64,000 nt of DNA, taken from positions 2,464,001 through 2,528,000 of the forward strand of contig OZ241841.1 in NCBI GenBank assembly GCA_965202665.1. The letters are read 5' to 3'. Below are positions 1-9,659 of this stretch, one piece after another. The stretch's first letter is position 1. The number at the start of each line of letters is the position of its first letter. A model generated the notes under the pieces. The model ran no database searches. It saw only the letters and a list, made by a program, of their open reading frames with translations, and was not told where the DNA came from. The translations under genes and the position numbers were made by a program. The stretch comes from Candidatus Spongiisociaceae bacterium. Its GTDB lineage: Bacteria; Actinomycetota; Acidimicrobiia; Spongiisociales; Spongiisociaceae.

Positions 1-2
1 AA

Positions 3-3000
3 GTGGAGTCGGCCACGGTTAACGTGGTGGATCGGGGTATTGAGTTGTCGGTTAGCAGCGGTGGGTCGGCGTTGACCGGGTTGGGGGAGGACAGCGGTTC
101 CACCACCGTACGGGTAACCGCCACCCTCCCCGCCGCGTCGAGTACGCCGGTGATAGTGGGAGTGAACGTGACGGGCGGGTCCGCCACTTTGGACGACAAC
201 AGCGTGTTCGTAGCGGGGGAGGACTTCCGGGTCACCTATCCGCAGGGCGCTCCGCCGGCGGGTTATGGGATGGGAATTTCCATTCCCGCGGGACGGGCCA
301 GCGGCTGGGCGGATATTGTGGTGGTGGTAAACGACGACCAGGTAGCGGAAGGGGCGGCGGAGACGATATCCGTGGATGGGGCGGTGGCGAGCGGGAGCGT
401 GCTGACGGTGGTGGACACCGCTTTTGAGATCACCGACAACGACTCGGGTATAACCCTGAGCGTAACCGCCGACGCGTTGGAGGAAGACGGCGACGGGAGA
501 GCGGCCCGGGTTACCGCTTCTTTGGCGGGAACCACGTCGCAGATCGGGGTCGCCACCGTCGTAACGTTGTCGTTCGCGGCGGGGGCTGGTACGGAAGCGG
601 CTGATTTCACCGCCCCTGGGGCTGGCAGTGAGATTACGGTGACTATCCCGGCTGGTTCGGTCAGCAGTTCCTCCACCGCTCTGACCGGTTTGGGTATAAC
701 CGATGACGCTATCGCCGAGGTGGGGGAAACCATCCAAGTGGGGGGAACCACCCCGGGTTTGTCGGTTACTCCCGCTTCGTTGACTATTCAGGACGATGAT
801 TCGGTGATAGTCCTGACCGCTTCCGCGGCGGCGGCGGAAGGCGGAACCGGTTCGGGGATTACCGTGTCAGCCGCTTTCCAATCCGGAACCACCTCCTCCG
901 AAATCACTACCGCTACTGCGGTGGCTCTCACCGTGGGGGACGGAACCGCGGTCAGTCCCGCCGACTACCAAAACAGCGGAACGTACACCGTGACCATCCC
1001 CGCCCAAGCGACCGGCGCTGCCGCCGGAACGGCCCTGACTGGGCTGACTGTGAAACATGATGATATAACCGAAGGGGAGGAGACGATCATTATCAGCGGA
1101 ACTTCCACTTTGGGCGCCGCTGCTTCCGCTGTGTTGGCGGTCGCCGACGCCGACACCGCCCTCACCATCAGCGCTACCCCCGATCTGCTGGTGGAAAGAC
1201 CCAACCATTACATTGTGAGCGTCACCGCCGCCTTCGACAATGTTTCCTCTTCCGCCCGTACTGCGGCTGTTCCGGTGACGGTCACCCTCGCCGACGACAC
1301 CGCCACCCACGGCACCGGCAACGACTGGTACACCAACCTGCCTTCCAACCGGCAGCTGACGGTGAACATCCCCGCCGGACGGACCAGCGGCACAGCCACT
1401 TTCCGCATCGTTGCCCGCGCTGACAGCACAGGTGAACCCTTAGAGCGGGTTTCCCTCACCGGCGCCGCGCAGGTAGACGGCTCTGCGGTGACCGCTACCG
1501 CCGCCCGGTTGGAAATTGTCGACCAAGGGGTGACTCTGGGCTGGGCCAACAACACTGGCAGTGCGATAACCGCTATCGATGAGGACAGCGGAACCACCAC
1601 CTTGCGGATAACTGCTTCCATACCCGTGGTGGCCCCCGCCGGTGGCGCTGTCATAGGGGTGGACATCGCAGATGACGGCACCGCCGTCGCCGCCGTTGCT
1701 TCCACCGGTTTCGGAACCGGGGAGGATTACCGCATCTCCCTGCCCTCCAGTCCCGCCCCGCCCGCCGGATACGACCTAGCCGTCGCCATCTCCGCCGGGG
1801 AAACCAGCGGCCACACGACGGTTACGTTGCAGGTAAACGACGACAACACCGCCGAGGGGGCGTCGGAGGGGGCTGACCCGGAAACTATCCACATCGAAGG
1901 CGGTACCCTGACTTTGGGCGGATCTACTCTGCCGGTGGTGGGGGCCAACCTGAATATCACCGACGACGACCAAGCCCCCGATGAAATAACCATCACTCTG
2001 CAAACCCCCGGCGGGGCCGACCTTACCCAAATATTTGAAACAGACGCCTCCACTCCGGTGGTCGTAAAAGCCGCCTACCAGGGCGACAACACTCTGCCCC
2101 ACTCGGTGATCGTCCCCTTGGGAGTATCCAAAACCGGCGACACCGCCATACCCGCCGAGGACTACAAGGACGTAACCTCGCCCCCCTCCATTACCATCCC
2201 CGCCTACCAAACGCAAGGAACCGCCCGCTTCGACCTGGAAGCCATCGACGACGATGACCCGGAAAGCCCCGAAACGATCACCGTACGAGGCGACCCCGAC
2301 GACACCCTGACCGCCTTCACCGTCGGTGAAGACACCCTAACCCTCGTCGATGACGAAAGCGCCGTAACCCTCTCCCTGGATGTCACCCAGGCCCCCGAAG
2401 GAACCCGCCAAAATGTTACCGTGAAAGCCGCCTTCTCGGCCGGCGTCGCCCAAACCGCTCAGAAAACCATCCGAGTAACCGTAAACAACGGAACCGCCAC
2501 CGCCGGAGAAGACTATCAAACCCATGCCCCGTTCGATATCAGAATCCCCGCCAACAGCAACTACGCCACCACCAACATTACCCTAAACCTCACCCCCGAC
2601 GACCGCATCTACGAAGGCGACGAAACCCTGGAACTGACCGGATCGCACTCCCAGTTCACCGTCAGACCCGTCACCTTCACCATCACCGAAAACGACGCCC
2701 AACCCAACCGCATCACCCTATCTGCCAGCCCCAACCAAATAAACGAAGGCCAAACCGCAAACGTAACCATCACCGCCTCCCTCGGCTCAGTCGCTCTAAA
2801 AGAAGCCATAGAAGTTACCGTCACCCTGGGAACCGGAGAATCTTACCAACCCGGCCCCGGCACCACCCGCACCATCCGCATCCCCGCCGGCCAAACCAGC
2901 GGAAGCACCCGGATAGACATACAAATAACCGAAGACCCCACCCAAGAGAACGCCAAACGAATCCCCATAACAGGCGACACCGCCGGATTCACCGTCACCG

Positions 3001-3905
3001 ACACCGTTATCACCATCCCCGCCAACGACGCCCCCCCTGTCACCACCACCCCCACCCCCACCGGCGGCGGCGGAGGAGGAGGGGGCGGCGGCGGCGGTGG
3101 CGGTGGCGCCCCAGCCCCGCCCCCCGCAGGAGGCGGAGGGGGAGGGGGAGGCGGAGGTGGAGGTGGTGGAGGCGCCCCAGCCCCACCCGCAGGCGGCGGA
3201 GGGGGAGGGGGAGGAGGAGCCCCGCCCCCCGCGGCCGGAGGAGGAGCCCCGCCGCCCGCCGGTCCCGCCCCGCCGGTGGCGCCGCCGCCCGCGCCGGTGG
3301 CCTGCCAGGGACGGTTCTGCGATGACGACGGCAGCGTCCACGAACCAAACATCGCGCTGATGGCCGAATGGGGAATAACCATCGGATGCGACGCCAACGA
3401 TCCCACCAAATACTGCCCCAGCGCCCAAATCACCCGCAGGCAAATGGCCACCTTCATCTACCGCGCAGTCAACCCCCGCTGGCCCATCCAAATCCCCACC
3501 GGCATAGAAATCAACGACGTCCCCGCCGACGCCAGCTACCGCCCCTACGCCGACTGGCTGGTAAGCATCGGGGCCTTCCAACTGAACGACGGGAACTTCA
3601 ACCCCCGGGGCATAGTAACCCGAGTCGACATGGCGGTGATGATGGTAGCCGCTTTCCCCCACATCCAAGCCGTAACCGAATCCCAAAACCTGTTCGCCGA
3701 CACCGGCAGCTTGGACGCGGCGGTGGTGCGGGCCATCGAAGGCATCGCCGAAAGCGAAGTGACCAGAGGATGCACCACCACGCCCCCCCTAAGGTACTGC
3801 CCCAACAACCCAGTAACCCGGGCGCAGATGGCATCCTTCTTCGTAAGAGTAATCAACCAAGCCCCCGCCGCCACCACCGACGACGCCGCAGGCGCAAGTT
3901 CATAA
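3..3905 (+). CDS. Large surface/adhesin-like protein with Calx-beta-like repeats, Gly/Pro-rich linker and C-terminal SLH-like domains (5' end outside window)
   Basis: Recurrent 'GTA..G.DY', 'IPAG..SG', 'DD...EG.ETI' beta-sandwich repeat motifs; poly-Gly/PPPA linker; C-terminal 'FCDDDGSVHE..I','GC....YCP...ITR.QMA.F' motifs typical of Acidimicrobiia S-layer homology regions. Confidence 0.75.
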   Translation: MESATVNVVDRGIELSVSSGGSALTGLGEDSGSTTVRVTATLPAASSTPVIVGVNVTGGSATLDDNSVFVAGEDFRVTYPQGAPPAGYGMGISIPAGRASGWADIVVVVNDDQVAEGAAETISVDGAVASGSVLTVVDTAFEITDNDSGITLSVTADALEEDGDGRAARVTASLAGTTSQIGVATVVTLSFAAGAGTEAADFTAPGAGSEITVTIPAGSVSSSSTALTGLGITDDAIAEVGETIQVGGTTPGLSVTPASLTIQDDDSVIVLTASAAAAEGGTGSGITVSAAFQSGTTSSEITTATAVALTVGDGTAVSPADYQNSGTYTVTIPAQATGAAAGTALTGLTVKHDDITEGEETIIISGTSTLGAAASAVLAVADADTALTISATPDLLVERPNHYIVSVTAAFDNVSSSARTAAVPVTVTLADDTATHGTGNDWYTNLPSNRQLTVNIPAGRTSGTATFRIVARADSTGEPLERVSLTGAAQVDGSAVTATAARLEIVDQGVTLGWANNTGSAITAIDEDSGTTTLRITASIPVVAPAGGAVIGVDIADDGTAVAAVASTGFGTGEDYRISLPSSPAPPAGYDLAVAISAGETSGHTTVTLQVNDDNTAEGASEGADPETIHIEGGTLTLGGSTLPVVGANLNITDDDQAPDEITITLQTPGGADLTQIFETDASTPVVVKAAYQGDNTLPHSVIVPLGVSKTGDTAIPAEDYKDVTSPPSITIPAYQTQGTARFDLEAIDDDDPESPETITVRGDPDDTLTAFTVGEDTLTLVDDESAVTLSLDVTQAPEGTRQNVTVKAAFSAGVAQTAQKTIRVTVNNGTATAGEDYQTHAPFDIRIPANSNYATTNITLNLTPDDRIYEGDETLELTGSHSQFTVRPVTFTITENDAQPNRITLSASPNQINEGQTANVTITASLGSVALKEAIEVTVTLGTGESYQPGPGTTRTIRIPAGQTSGSTRIDIQITEDPTQENAKRIPITGDTAGFTVTDTVITIPANDAPPVTTTPTPTGGGGGGGGGGGGGGGAPAPPPAGGGGGGGGGGGGGGGAPAPPAGGGGGGGGGAPPPAAGGGAPPPAGPAPPVAPPPAPVACQGRFCDDDGSVHEPNIALMAEWGITIGCDANDPTKYCPSAQITRRQMATFIYRAVNPRWPIQIPTGIEINDVPADASYRPYADWLVSIGAFQLNDGNFNPRGIVTRVDMAVMMVAAFPHIQAVTESQNLFADTGSLDAAVVRAIEGIAESEVTRGCTTTPPLRYCPNNPVTRAQMASFFVRVINQAPAATTDDAAGASS

Positions 3906-3916
3906 CCACCCCAACC

Positions 3917-3956
3917 TATCCCGGCCTCTGCCCAACCCAGAGGCCGGGATACTTTT
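3917..3956 (+). terminator. Intrinsic terminator hairpin between convergent genes
   Basis: 14-bp perfect stem tatcccggcctctg / cagaggccgggata with 7-nt loop, followed by ctttt. Confidence 0.75.
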
Positions 3957-3970
3957 CCCAAACGAAAAAA

Positions 3971-4789
3971 CTAAGGAGAGCCCAGTTTCAGCCGTTTAGC
4001 CTTGCCGTACGCGGTAATTTGCGAATGGGGATGGCCGGTCGGGGATAAATGATCTCTGAGAAGGGCAAACGCCCGGTCCGGACGAACCCACATTTTCGCC
4101 AGCCGATAGTTCTTAGGATCAACGCGTATTTCTATCTCGCCAAGGTTCAGTAATCTGTCTTTTCCTTTTAGTTTGGCGGGGAAAATTATTTTTTGAGCGG
4201 GGGTCTGGGTTTTGTTATACTGTTTCGAAGTATCCGCCCCAGTATTTGCGCATATTATGTCTATTACTTCATCGGAGTCAAAAACATGAAAGTGTTTATC
4301 AGCAGGTCTGGCGGTTGATGGATCAAACGAGGGAGGTAGTATACCCAAGTACTCCACTTCTCCATCAAACAATGCTTTGTGCCAAAATGCCTTGAATACA
4401 TTTTCTTTTTGGAGTTCATCGGATAGTTCACGCATAGGAGGCTGGAGAGCCTGCTTGTAGTAGTCTCGGTTGTCGAGCATTGTTTCTCGATCTTTTGGAA
4501 AAACTCGAAGACAATCTCCAAGTAACGTCGCCACATTGCCAATGCCTTGGAGTATAGTGTTGCTATTCAAGCGAGATTCAGCATATAGGAAGACTTGCCA
4601 TGACCTTTTTCCTGACTTGACAGAGTGCCTGCCGTCATTGAAGTCGACAACATCTGTCTTACCAGTGTGAGACCCGCGAGTTACACGGCCGCCTAAAATG
4701 CCGGCATAGTCATCTTCGTTGGTATGCCCGGCCACCTTTTTCATTTGAGCCTCATCAGACTCCATACCTTTATAGCCCGGAGGTTTCAT
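3971..4789 (-). CDS. Putative type II restriction endonuclease (PD-(D/E)XK-like)
   Basis: 'KTDVVD...SVKSG' nuclease-like motif; start overlaps the MTase stop (TAATG); lower GC than the housekeeping genes. Confidence 0.6.
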   Translation of the reverse strand: MKPPGYKGMESDEAQMKKVAGHTNEDDYAGILGGRVTRGSHTGKTDVVDFNDGRHSVKSGKRSWQVFLYAESRLNSNTILQGIGNVATLLGDCLRVFPKDRETMLDNRDYYKQALQPPMRELSDELQKENVFKAFWHKALFDGEVEYLGILPPSFDPSTARPADKHFHVFDSDEVIDIICANTGADTSKQYNKTQTPAQKIIFPAKLKGKDRLLNLGEIEIRVDPKNYRLAKMWVRPDRAFALLRDHLSPTGHPHSQITAYGKAKRLKLGSP

Positions 4790-5826
4790 TAGAAGCCCTC
4801 TTTGACTATTAGCAGTTCGTGGGAATTCTTAACATGATGATAGCTGCCGTTCACGATTCTGTTCTTACCAATCCGAGTTTCCCCCTGACCCAAGGTGTAT
4901 TGCCATTCCACTTCTACAATAGTAAATCTGCTATACCATTCTCTGATTGCCTCACAATCATTGTAAGAAAGAATGAACCCGCCTTGATGGTCATAAAGCA
5001 AGTCTCGTAGCAATTCGTGGTCAAAGCCGTTATGATGAATCGGGAAGTTACGTTGCGGATAGATACCTTTGAACATACGACTGTCCCCATCCAGATAATA
5101 GGGAGGGTCGCAATACAAAAAGTCCTCTCGGTGGTTGGGAATCGTGTTTTCAAAGGAACCTGTGCCAATTTTTAGTTGCGGGCAACGAAAGGAACGAACC
5201 TTTTCCACCAAACGCTCGAAGCGAGTAACATCTTCATATATTTTTGACATCCAACCCAGGAATCCTGGTCCGTAGCTCAGATTGTGGTTAAACCAATAGT
5301 GGGCTGCCAGATCCAGGTTGTCATCAATGGGGGCAACTCCCTCCCAGTGACCTCGGAGGCGTTTCTTGACCAGAGAGTATGTGGATTTGTCGGGAGACCA
5401 TTCCAAGATGCGCTCCGCCAACCTGAGGGGGGAATAAAGTTGCTTCTGCCAATAATTGGTCAAAATATCGAAAACATCGTATCCTTGCACGCGGATGCCC
5501 AGTTCTTTGGCGCAGGCAATTTCCACCGAACCGCCGCCGAAGAACGGGGAAACCAATTTTTCCACGTTGTCCGGCATACGCTCGATGACATGACCGACCG
5601 CTAGGCTCTTCCCGCCCGCGTAGCGCAAGGGGAGGCCGTTGTAACGCCGGTAGCGATAGCGGCCCCGGCTCTGCAACTGCTGGAGGAATTCCTGTCTGTC
5701 GGTCATGGTCTGCGCGAAGAGACTAGTCGCCCCCCCGCTCCCGGCGGGTAAATCCCGGCGGGACCCCTCCCGACCCCTTCGGCGGGCGGCTTTTGCCGGC
5801 ATCGTACGGTTTTTCTCTACGGTCAT
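4789..5826 (-). CDS. DNA adenine methyltransferase (Dam/D12 class)
   Basis: 'LRYAGGKS', 'SPFFGGGS' SAM-binding motif, catalytic 'DPPY', C-terminal 'ELLI'. Confidence 0.92.
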   Translation of the reverse strand: MTVEKNRTMPAKAARRRGREGSRRDLPAGSGGATSLFAQTMTDRQEFLQQLQSRGRYRYRRYNGLPLRYAGGKSLAVGHVIERMPDNVEKLVSPFFGGGSVEIACAKELGIRVQGYDVFDILTNYWQKQLYSPLRLAERILEWSPDKSTYSLVKKRLRGHWEGVAPIDDNLDLAAHYWFNHNLSYGPGFLGWMSKIYEDVTRFERLVEKVRSFRCPQLKIGTGSFENTIPNHREDFLYCDPPYYLDGDSRMFKGIYPQRNFPIHHNGFDHELLRDLLYDHQGGFILSYNDCEAIREWYSRFTIVEVEWQYTLGQGETRIGKNRIVNGSYHHVKNSHELLIVKEGF

Positions 5827-5918
5827 TCAGCCCTCCATTCGTTGATGCGCTCAAGTTAGGGAGGGGCTGTGACATTTTCAGCCAAAGCCGCAATGACTGG
5901 GAAAAACCGGCTTTTCCC

Positions 5919-6590
5919 TCAACCGATGGAGCCGCATTGCGCGATTGCGACGATTACGACGAATATCAAGACGGCGACGCCGAGGAGGCATCCGCAGGCG
6001 GCGGCTTCGGACACTTCGCTTGTCTCCGGTTCGGGTTCGGGTTCGCTTTTTAGGCTTTCTTGCATTCTTTGACGGGCGGCCTGCTCCGCCAGAAGCTCCT
6101 GCCGGGCCCGTTCCGCTAGCCGTTCTTGCCGGGCCTGTTCGGCCAAACGGGCTTGCCGGGCTTTCTCCGCCTCCTCCCGTTTTCGCCGTTGCTCGTACGC
6201 TTCAACGGTCCGCCGGGCCTGGGATACCGGCTGGGGCGGGGCGGGGCGTTGCGCCCGCCGTTCATCGTATCGTTGGATGCCCGAACCGGGGCTTCCCCTG
6301 AAATTCTTCGCCGTTCCGGGCGACGCGTAGGGCCGGGTTCGGGAAGGCCGGGTTCCCGTTTCCCGGGGATGGGCGGCTGCGTCGCCGGCGAGGGACCGGT
6401 CGTAGGTGCGGCGTCGGCCGGGGTCGGACAGCGTTTCGTAGGCCTCGTTGATTAGGTTAAATCTGGCGTGGGCATGGCGGTCGTTCGGGTTGCGGTCCGG
6501 GTGGTGGCGTTTGGCGCGGCCGCGGAAAGCCTGTTTGATTTCCTCCTGGCTTGCGGTCTGTTGCACTCCCAGAATTTCATAATGGTTCAT
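5919..6590 (-). CDS. J-domain (DnaJ) protein with C-terminal transmembrane anchor
   Basis: 'HYEILGV...EIKQAFR...HHPDRNP...INEAYETLSD'; hydrophobic C-terminus. Confidence 0.85.
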   Translation of the reverse strand: MNHYEILGVQQTASQEEIKQAFRGRAKRHHPDRNPNDRHAHARFNLINEAYETLSDPGRRRTYDRSLAGDAAAHPRETGTRPSRTRPYASPGTAKNFRGSPGSGIQRYDERRAQRPAPPQPVSQARRTVEAYEQRRKREEAEKARQARLAEQARQERLAERARQELLAEQAARQRMQESLKSEPEPEPETSEVSEAAACGCLLGVAVLIFVVIVAIAQCGSIG

Positions 6591-6609
6591 ATCAGGTGCG
6601 GGCTGAAAG

Positions 6610-7095
6610 TTATGCGCAGTTGGCGATGATGCGGACTATGAAAACAACGAGAACCACCAGGCCCCACAATGCGGAGATTCTGGATCCGCCGCTTCTTTTG
6701 GGTTCGGGTTTGGTTCTGACGTTTTCCCGCATTCTTTGACGGGCGGTTTCTTCCGCCTGCCGGGCTTGCCGCTCTCTTTCCTTCACCCATTGCTCGTACG
6801 AGCCGGGGGCCGGGCGGGGGGCCTCCCAGGGCGGCGTGGGCGGTGGGGGCGGGGTGGGGGTGTTGTCGTTGAGGGCAAGGCTCAGGTCGTAGGTGCGGCG
6901 CTGGTCGGGGTCGGACAGCACCTCGTAGGCCCGGTTGATCCGGTTGAATTTGGCGTGGGCCTTGGGATCGTTCGGGTTGCGGTCCGGATGGTGGCGCATG
7001 GCGCGGCGGCGGAAAGCCTGTTTGATTTCCTCCTGGCTCACCGTCTGTTTCACCCCCAGAATTTCGTAGTGGGTTTTGCGCCGCGTGGTTCTCAT
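6610..7095 (-). CDS. J-domain (DnaJ) protein with C-terminal transmembrane anchor
   Basis: HPD motif J domain, Pro-rich linker, C-terminal hydrophobic helix; paralog of 5919..6590. Confidence 0.85.
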   Translation of the reverse strand: MRTTRRKTHYEILGVKQTVSQEEIKQAFRRRAMRHHPDRNPNDPKAHAKFNRINRAYEVLSDPDQRRTYDLSLALNDNTPTPPPPPTPPWEAPRPAPGSYEQWVKERERQARQAEETARQRMRENVRTKPEPKRSGGSRISALWGLVVLVVFIVRIIANCA

Positions 7096-7210
7096 CGACT
7101 CCTCATAGGTAAAGGCTGGTTGCTAATTTCGCCTGCTAGGTAAAATAGTGGTGAACGGGTGACGAAAACCGGCGGGGGAGGGGATGCCCGGCCTCGCCGG
7201 CGGTTACGGT

Positions 7211-7287
7211 TGGCATGCGTGGAGGGACTCGAACCCCCATCTTCCGGTTTTGGAGACCGACGCTTTACCCGATTAAGCTACACGCAC
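7211..7287 (-). tRNA. tRNA-Trp (CCA)
   Basis: Reverse complement GTGCGTGTAGCTTAATCGGGTAAAGCGTCGGTCTCCAAAACCGGAAGATGGGGGTTCGAGTCCCTCCACGCATGCCA: cloverleaf, anticodon loop CTCCAAA, GTTCGA T-loop, encoded CCA end. Confidence 0.95.
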
Positions 7288-7349
7288 CCGAAACGAACGG
7301 GTCGCTCGGGCGGCGCCATCGGAGAAACGCACGGTTTGCCATAATCTAA

Positions 7350-7379
7350 AGTTTAGCGCCCAACCGCTCAACCTGTCAA
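7350..7379 (-). promoter_or_regulatory. Putative sigma70-type promoter of tRNA-Trp
   Basis: TTGACA-N18-TAAACT on minus strand upstream of the tRNA. Confidence 0.55.
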
Positions 7380-7406
7380 CCGGGCCGAGTAGTTGCCCCG
7401 CTTCCG

Positions 7407-7697
7407 CTACTGGGGGATTCGATAGCCCAGATGTTCCAAAACGGCGTCGATCTCGGCTTGTTCTTCCTCGGTAACCATCAGGCCACTCTCTTCTATGAAA
7501 GCATCCAGTTCGGCGACCGCCTCGGCAACGCGTTGGGCTTTCTCCTCGGGGGTTTCGGTGTCTTCGTGTTGGAAGACGCTCAGGTCCAGGCCGAGCCGTT
7601 CCGCCCATTCCTCGCGGGTTTCGTTTTCGTACCCGTCGGGGATGTGCCTTTTCACCTGGTAGGTGCCTCCCGGGCTAGTCCAAACCTCCACCGCCAT
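7407..7697 (-). CDS. VapB-like antitoxin paralog A7 (N2-C3 module type)
   Basis: 96 aa, RBS aggaagg; C-terminal 'AVAELDAFIEESG..TEEEQAEIDA' helix resembles actinobacterial antitoxins found upstream of PIN genes. Confidence 0.6.
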   Translation of the reverse strand: MAVEVWTSPGGTYQVKRHIPDGYENETREEWAERLGLDLSVFQHEDTETPEEKAQRVAEAVAELDAFIEESGLMVTEEEQAEIDAVLEHLGYRIPQ

Positions 7698-7713
7698 GGC
7701 AAACCTTCCTGCC

Positions 7714-8041
7714 TCAGACGGAGAAGGTTTCTAGGTCGCAACCGAGGGAGGTCATTATTTCGGTGATGTCGGTTTCGTCGCTGGTGACGATTCTGTCCCC
7801 CCGTCCTAGGGCACTGACCACCACTGAGATGTCCACCACATCGGATGATCCGGTTTTGTGACTGGCTGCGCCAACCTGTTTGGCCAGGTTTTCATCCAAC
7901 GGTGTCTTCGTGTTGGAAGACGCTCAGGTCTAGGCCGAGCCGTTCGGCCCATTCCTCGCGGGTTTCGTTTTCGTACCCGTCGGGGATGTGCCTTTTGACC
8001 TGGTAGGTGCCCCCCGGGCTGGTCCAAACTTCCACCGCCAT
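7714..8041 (-). pseudogene. Deletion fusion: 5' half of antitoxin (7900..8041) joined out of frame to 3' half of vapC (7714..7903)
   Basis: Junction at shared tetramer cggt (7900-7903); antitoxin frame stops after 49 aa. Confidence 0.8.
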
Positions 8042-8173
8042 GGCAACCTCCTTATCGTTGCTACTTGTAATTTACCCGGCTTTGGAAAATACTTTGCCAG
8101 CCCCTGACCAGGCCTTTTGCCGGCTCAATGTCCGGGATGGCGCCTACCTCGCCCGCGTTGTTGGCAATGCCGG

Positions 8174-8482
8174 TCATTCTTGTTCCGGTTCTCCGTCGGG
8201 GTTGCGGAAGCCGAGGTGTTCCATCAGGGCGTCTAATTCGGCCTGTTGCTCCGGGGTGCGTGTCCAGCCCTGTTCTTCAAAGAATTTCTTGTTTTCGGCG
8301 ACGGCCTCGGCGATACGCTGGGCTTTTTCCTCCGGGGTTTCTGGGTCTTCATGTTGGAATACGCTCAGGTCTAGGCCGAGCCGTTCGGCCCATTCCTCGC
8401 GGGTTTCGTTCTCGTATCCGTCGGGGATGTGCCTTTTGACCTGGTAGGTGCCTCCCGGGCTGGTCCAAACTTCCACCGCCAT
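8174..8482 (-). CDS. VapB-like antitoxin paralog A5 (N2-C2 type)
   Basis: 102 aa from ATG 8482 with aggagg RBS; followed by a decayed vapC start stub. Confidence 0.6.
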   Translation of the reverse strand: MAVEVWTSPGGTYQVKRHIPDGYENETREEWAERLGLDLSVFQHEDPETPEEKAQRIAEAVAENKKFFEEQGWTRTPEQQAELDALMEHLGFRNPDGEPEQE

Positions 8483-8614
8483 GGCAAACCTCCTTTCGCG
8501 GCTTACGTACAATATACCCGGCTTTTGGAAATACTTAAACAAGCCCCTGACCAGGCCTTGCTGGCTCAATGTCCGGGATGGCACCGACCTCGTCCGCGTT
8601 GTTGGCAATGCCGG

Positions 8615-8722
8615 TCAGCGTTTCACCTTCGCCGAGTCGGAGACGCGCATTCCCAGGTGCTCAAAGAGGGCCGCGAGTTCGGCTTGCTCCTCCGCGGAAA
8701 GGGTCAGGCCTTCCTCTTTCTC
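8615..8722 (-). pseudogene. 3' remnant of antitoxin paralog A4, truncated by ISL3
   Basis: Encodes KEEGLTLSAEEQAELAALFEHLG, matching the C1 module. Confidence 0.7.
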
Positions 8723-9156
8723 GACCCCCGCAACGAGCAAAAACTGACCGGCCTCCTCCAAGCAGGAGACCCCCGCGGGGAGGTACGCGACGCATGGCAC
8801 GCTAAAGAAACCGTCCGGGGAATCTACCAAACCCCTACCCCCTCCGAAGGCGACCAATACCCCCGCCTGCTCGCCGCGGAACTCCAAGACCAATCCCGCT
8901 CCCCCGAACTCAACCAACTCGGACGCACCCTCCACCACCTGGCACTCCCAGATCGTGGCCTGGCATCACGCCCAAGTAATCAACGGACCCACCGAATCAG
9001 CCAACAACCTAATCAAACACGTCAAACGCGTCGCTTTCGGATTCCGCAACTTCCGCAACTACCGAACCCGCATCCTCTTCTACGCAGGAAAGCCCAACCC
9101 GAACCTACTCCCCAACCTCACCCCCCCCCCCCAAAAAAAAAAAAATCCGAAGAGCC
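8721..9156 (+). mobile_element. ISL3-family transposase 3' remnant with right end
   Basis: 'AWHAKETVRGIY...LGRTL' and, after a frameshift, 'NGPTESANNLIKHVKRVAFGFRNFRNYRTRILFYAGKPN'; ends ...tccgaagagcc (reverse complement GGCTCTTCG, typical ISL3 end). Confidence 0.85.
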
Positions 9157-9280
9157 GTTTTGCCAGGTTTTCATCCAACGGTTACACTTGGCATTGTTTC
9201 AATTCATGGAAGGGAACCATTCGGGGGTTGCGTCGTTCGGCGGCGATCAGGGCACCCGCGTCGTAGGTGACGCCGGTCAT
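9157..9280 (-). pseudogene. vapC remnant (internal deletion, premature TAA, cut by ISL3)
   Basis: MTGVTYDAGALIAAERRNPRMVPFHELKQCQV*. Confidence 0.8.
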
Positions 9281-9585
9281 TCCTGCGTTACCTCGTCGTC
9301 GGGGACTCGATAGCCCAAGTGCCTAAAGAGGGCAACTAATTCCGCATGCTCCTCCGCGGAAAGGGTCAAGCCCTCCTCCTCTCTGAAAGCCTTCAGTTCG
9401 GCGACCGCCTCGGTGATACGCTGGGCTTTCTCCTCGGGGGTTTCGGTGTCTTCGTGTTGGAAGACGCTCAGGTCTAGGCCGAGCCGTTCGGCCCATTCCT
9501 CGCGGGTTTCGTTTTCGTACCCGTCGGGGATGTGCCTTTTGACCTGGTAGGTGCCCCCCGGGCTGGTCCAAACTTCCACCGCCAC
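9277..9585 (-). CDS. VapB-like antitoxin paralog A3 (N2-C1 type)
   Basis: 102 aa, GTG start, ATGA overlap with vapC remnant. Confidence 0.6.
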   Translation of the reverse strand: MAVEVWTSPGGTYQVKRHIPDGYENETREEWAERLGLDLSVFQHEDTETPEEKAQRITEAVAELKAFREEEGLTLSAEEHAELVALFRHLGYRVPDDEVTQE

Positions 9586-9611
9586 AGCAAACCTCCCTTT
9601 CAGCCTTTTCG

Positions 9612-9659
9612 TCAGCGGCCAGCGGTTAACGCGCCCGCATCGTAAGTCACGCCGGTCAT
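9612..9659 (-). pseudogene. 15-codon vapC stub
   Basis: MTGVTYDAGALTAGR*. Confidence 0.7.

Noticed and set aside
8615-8938. 107-aa ORF as an intact antitoxin
   Set aside because: Its N-terminal part is the antisense of the ISL3 remnant; only about the last 35 codons are antitoxin-derived
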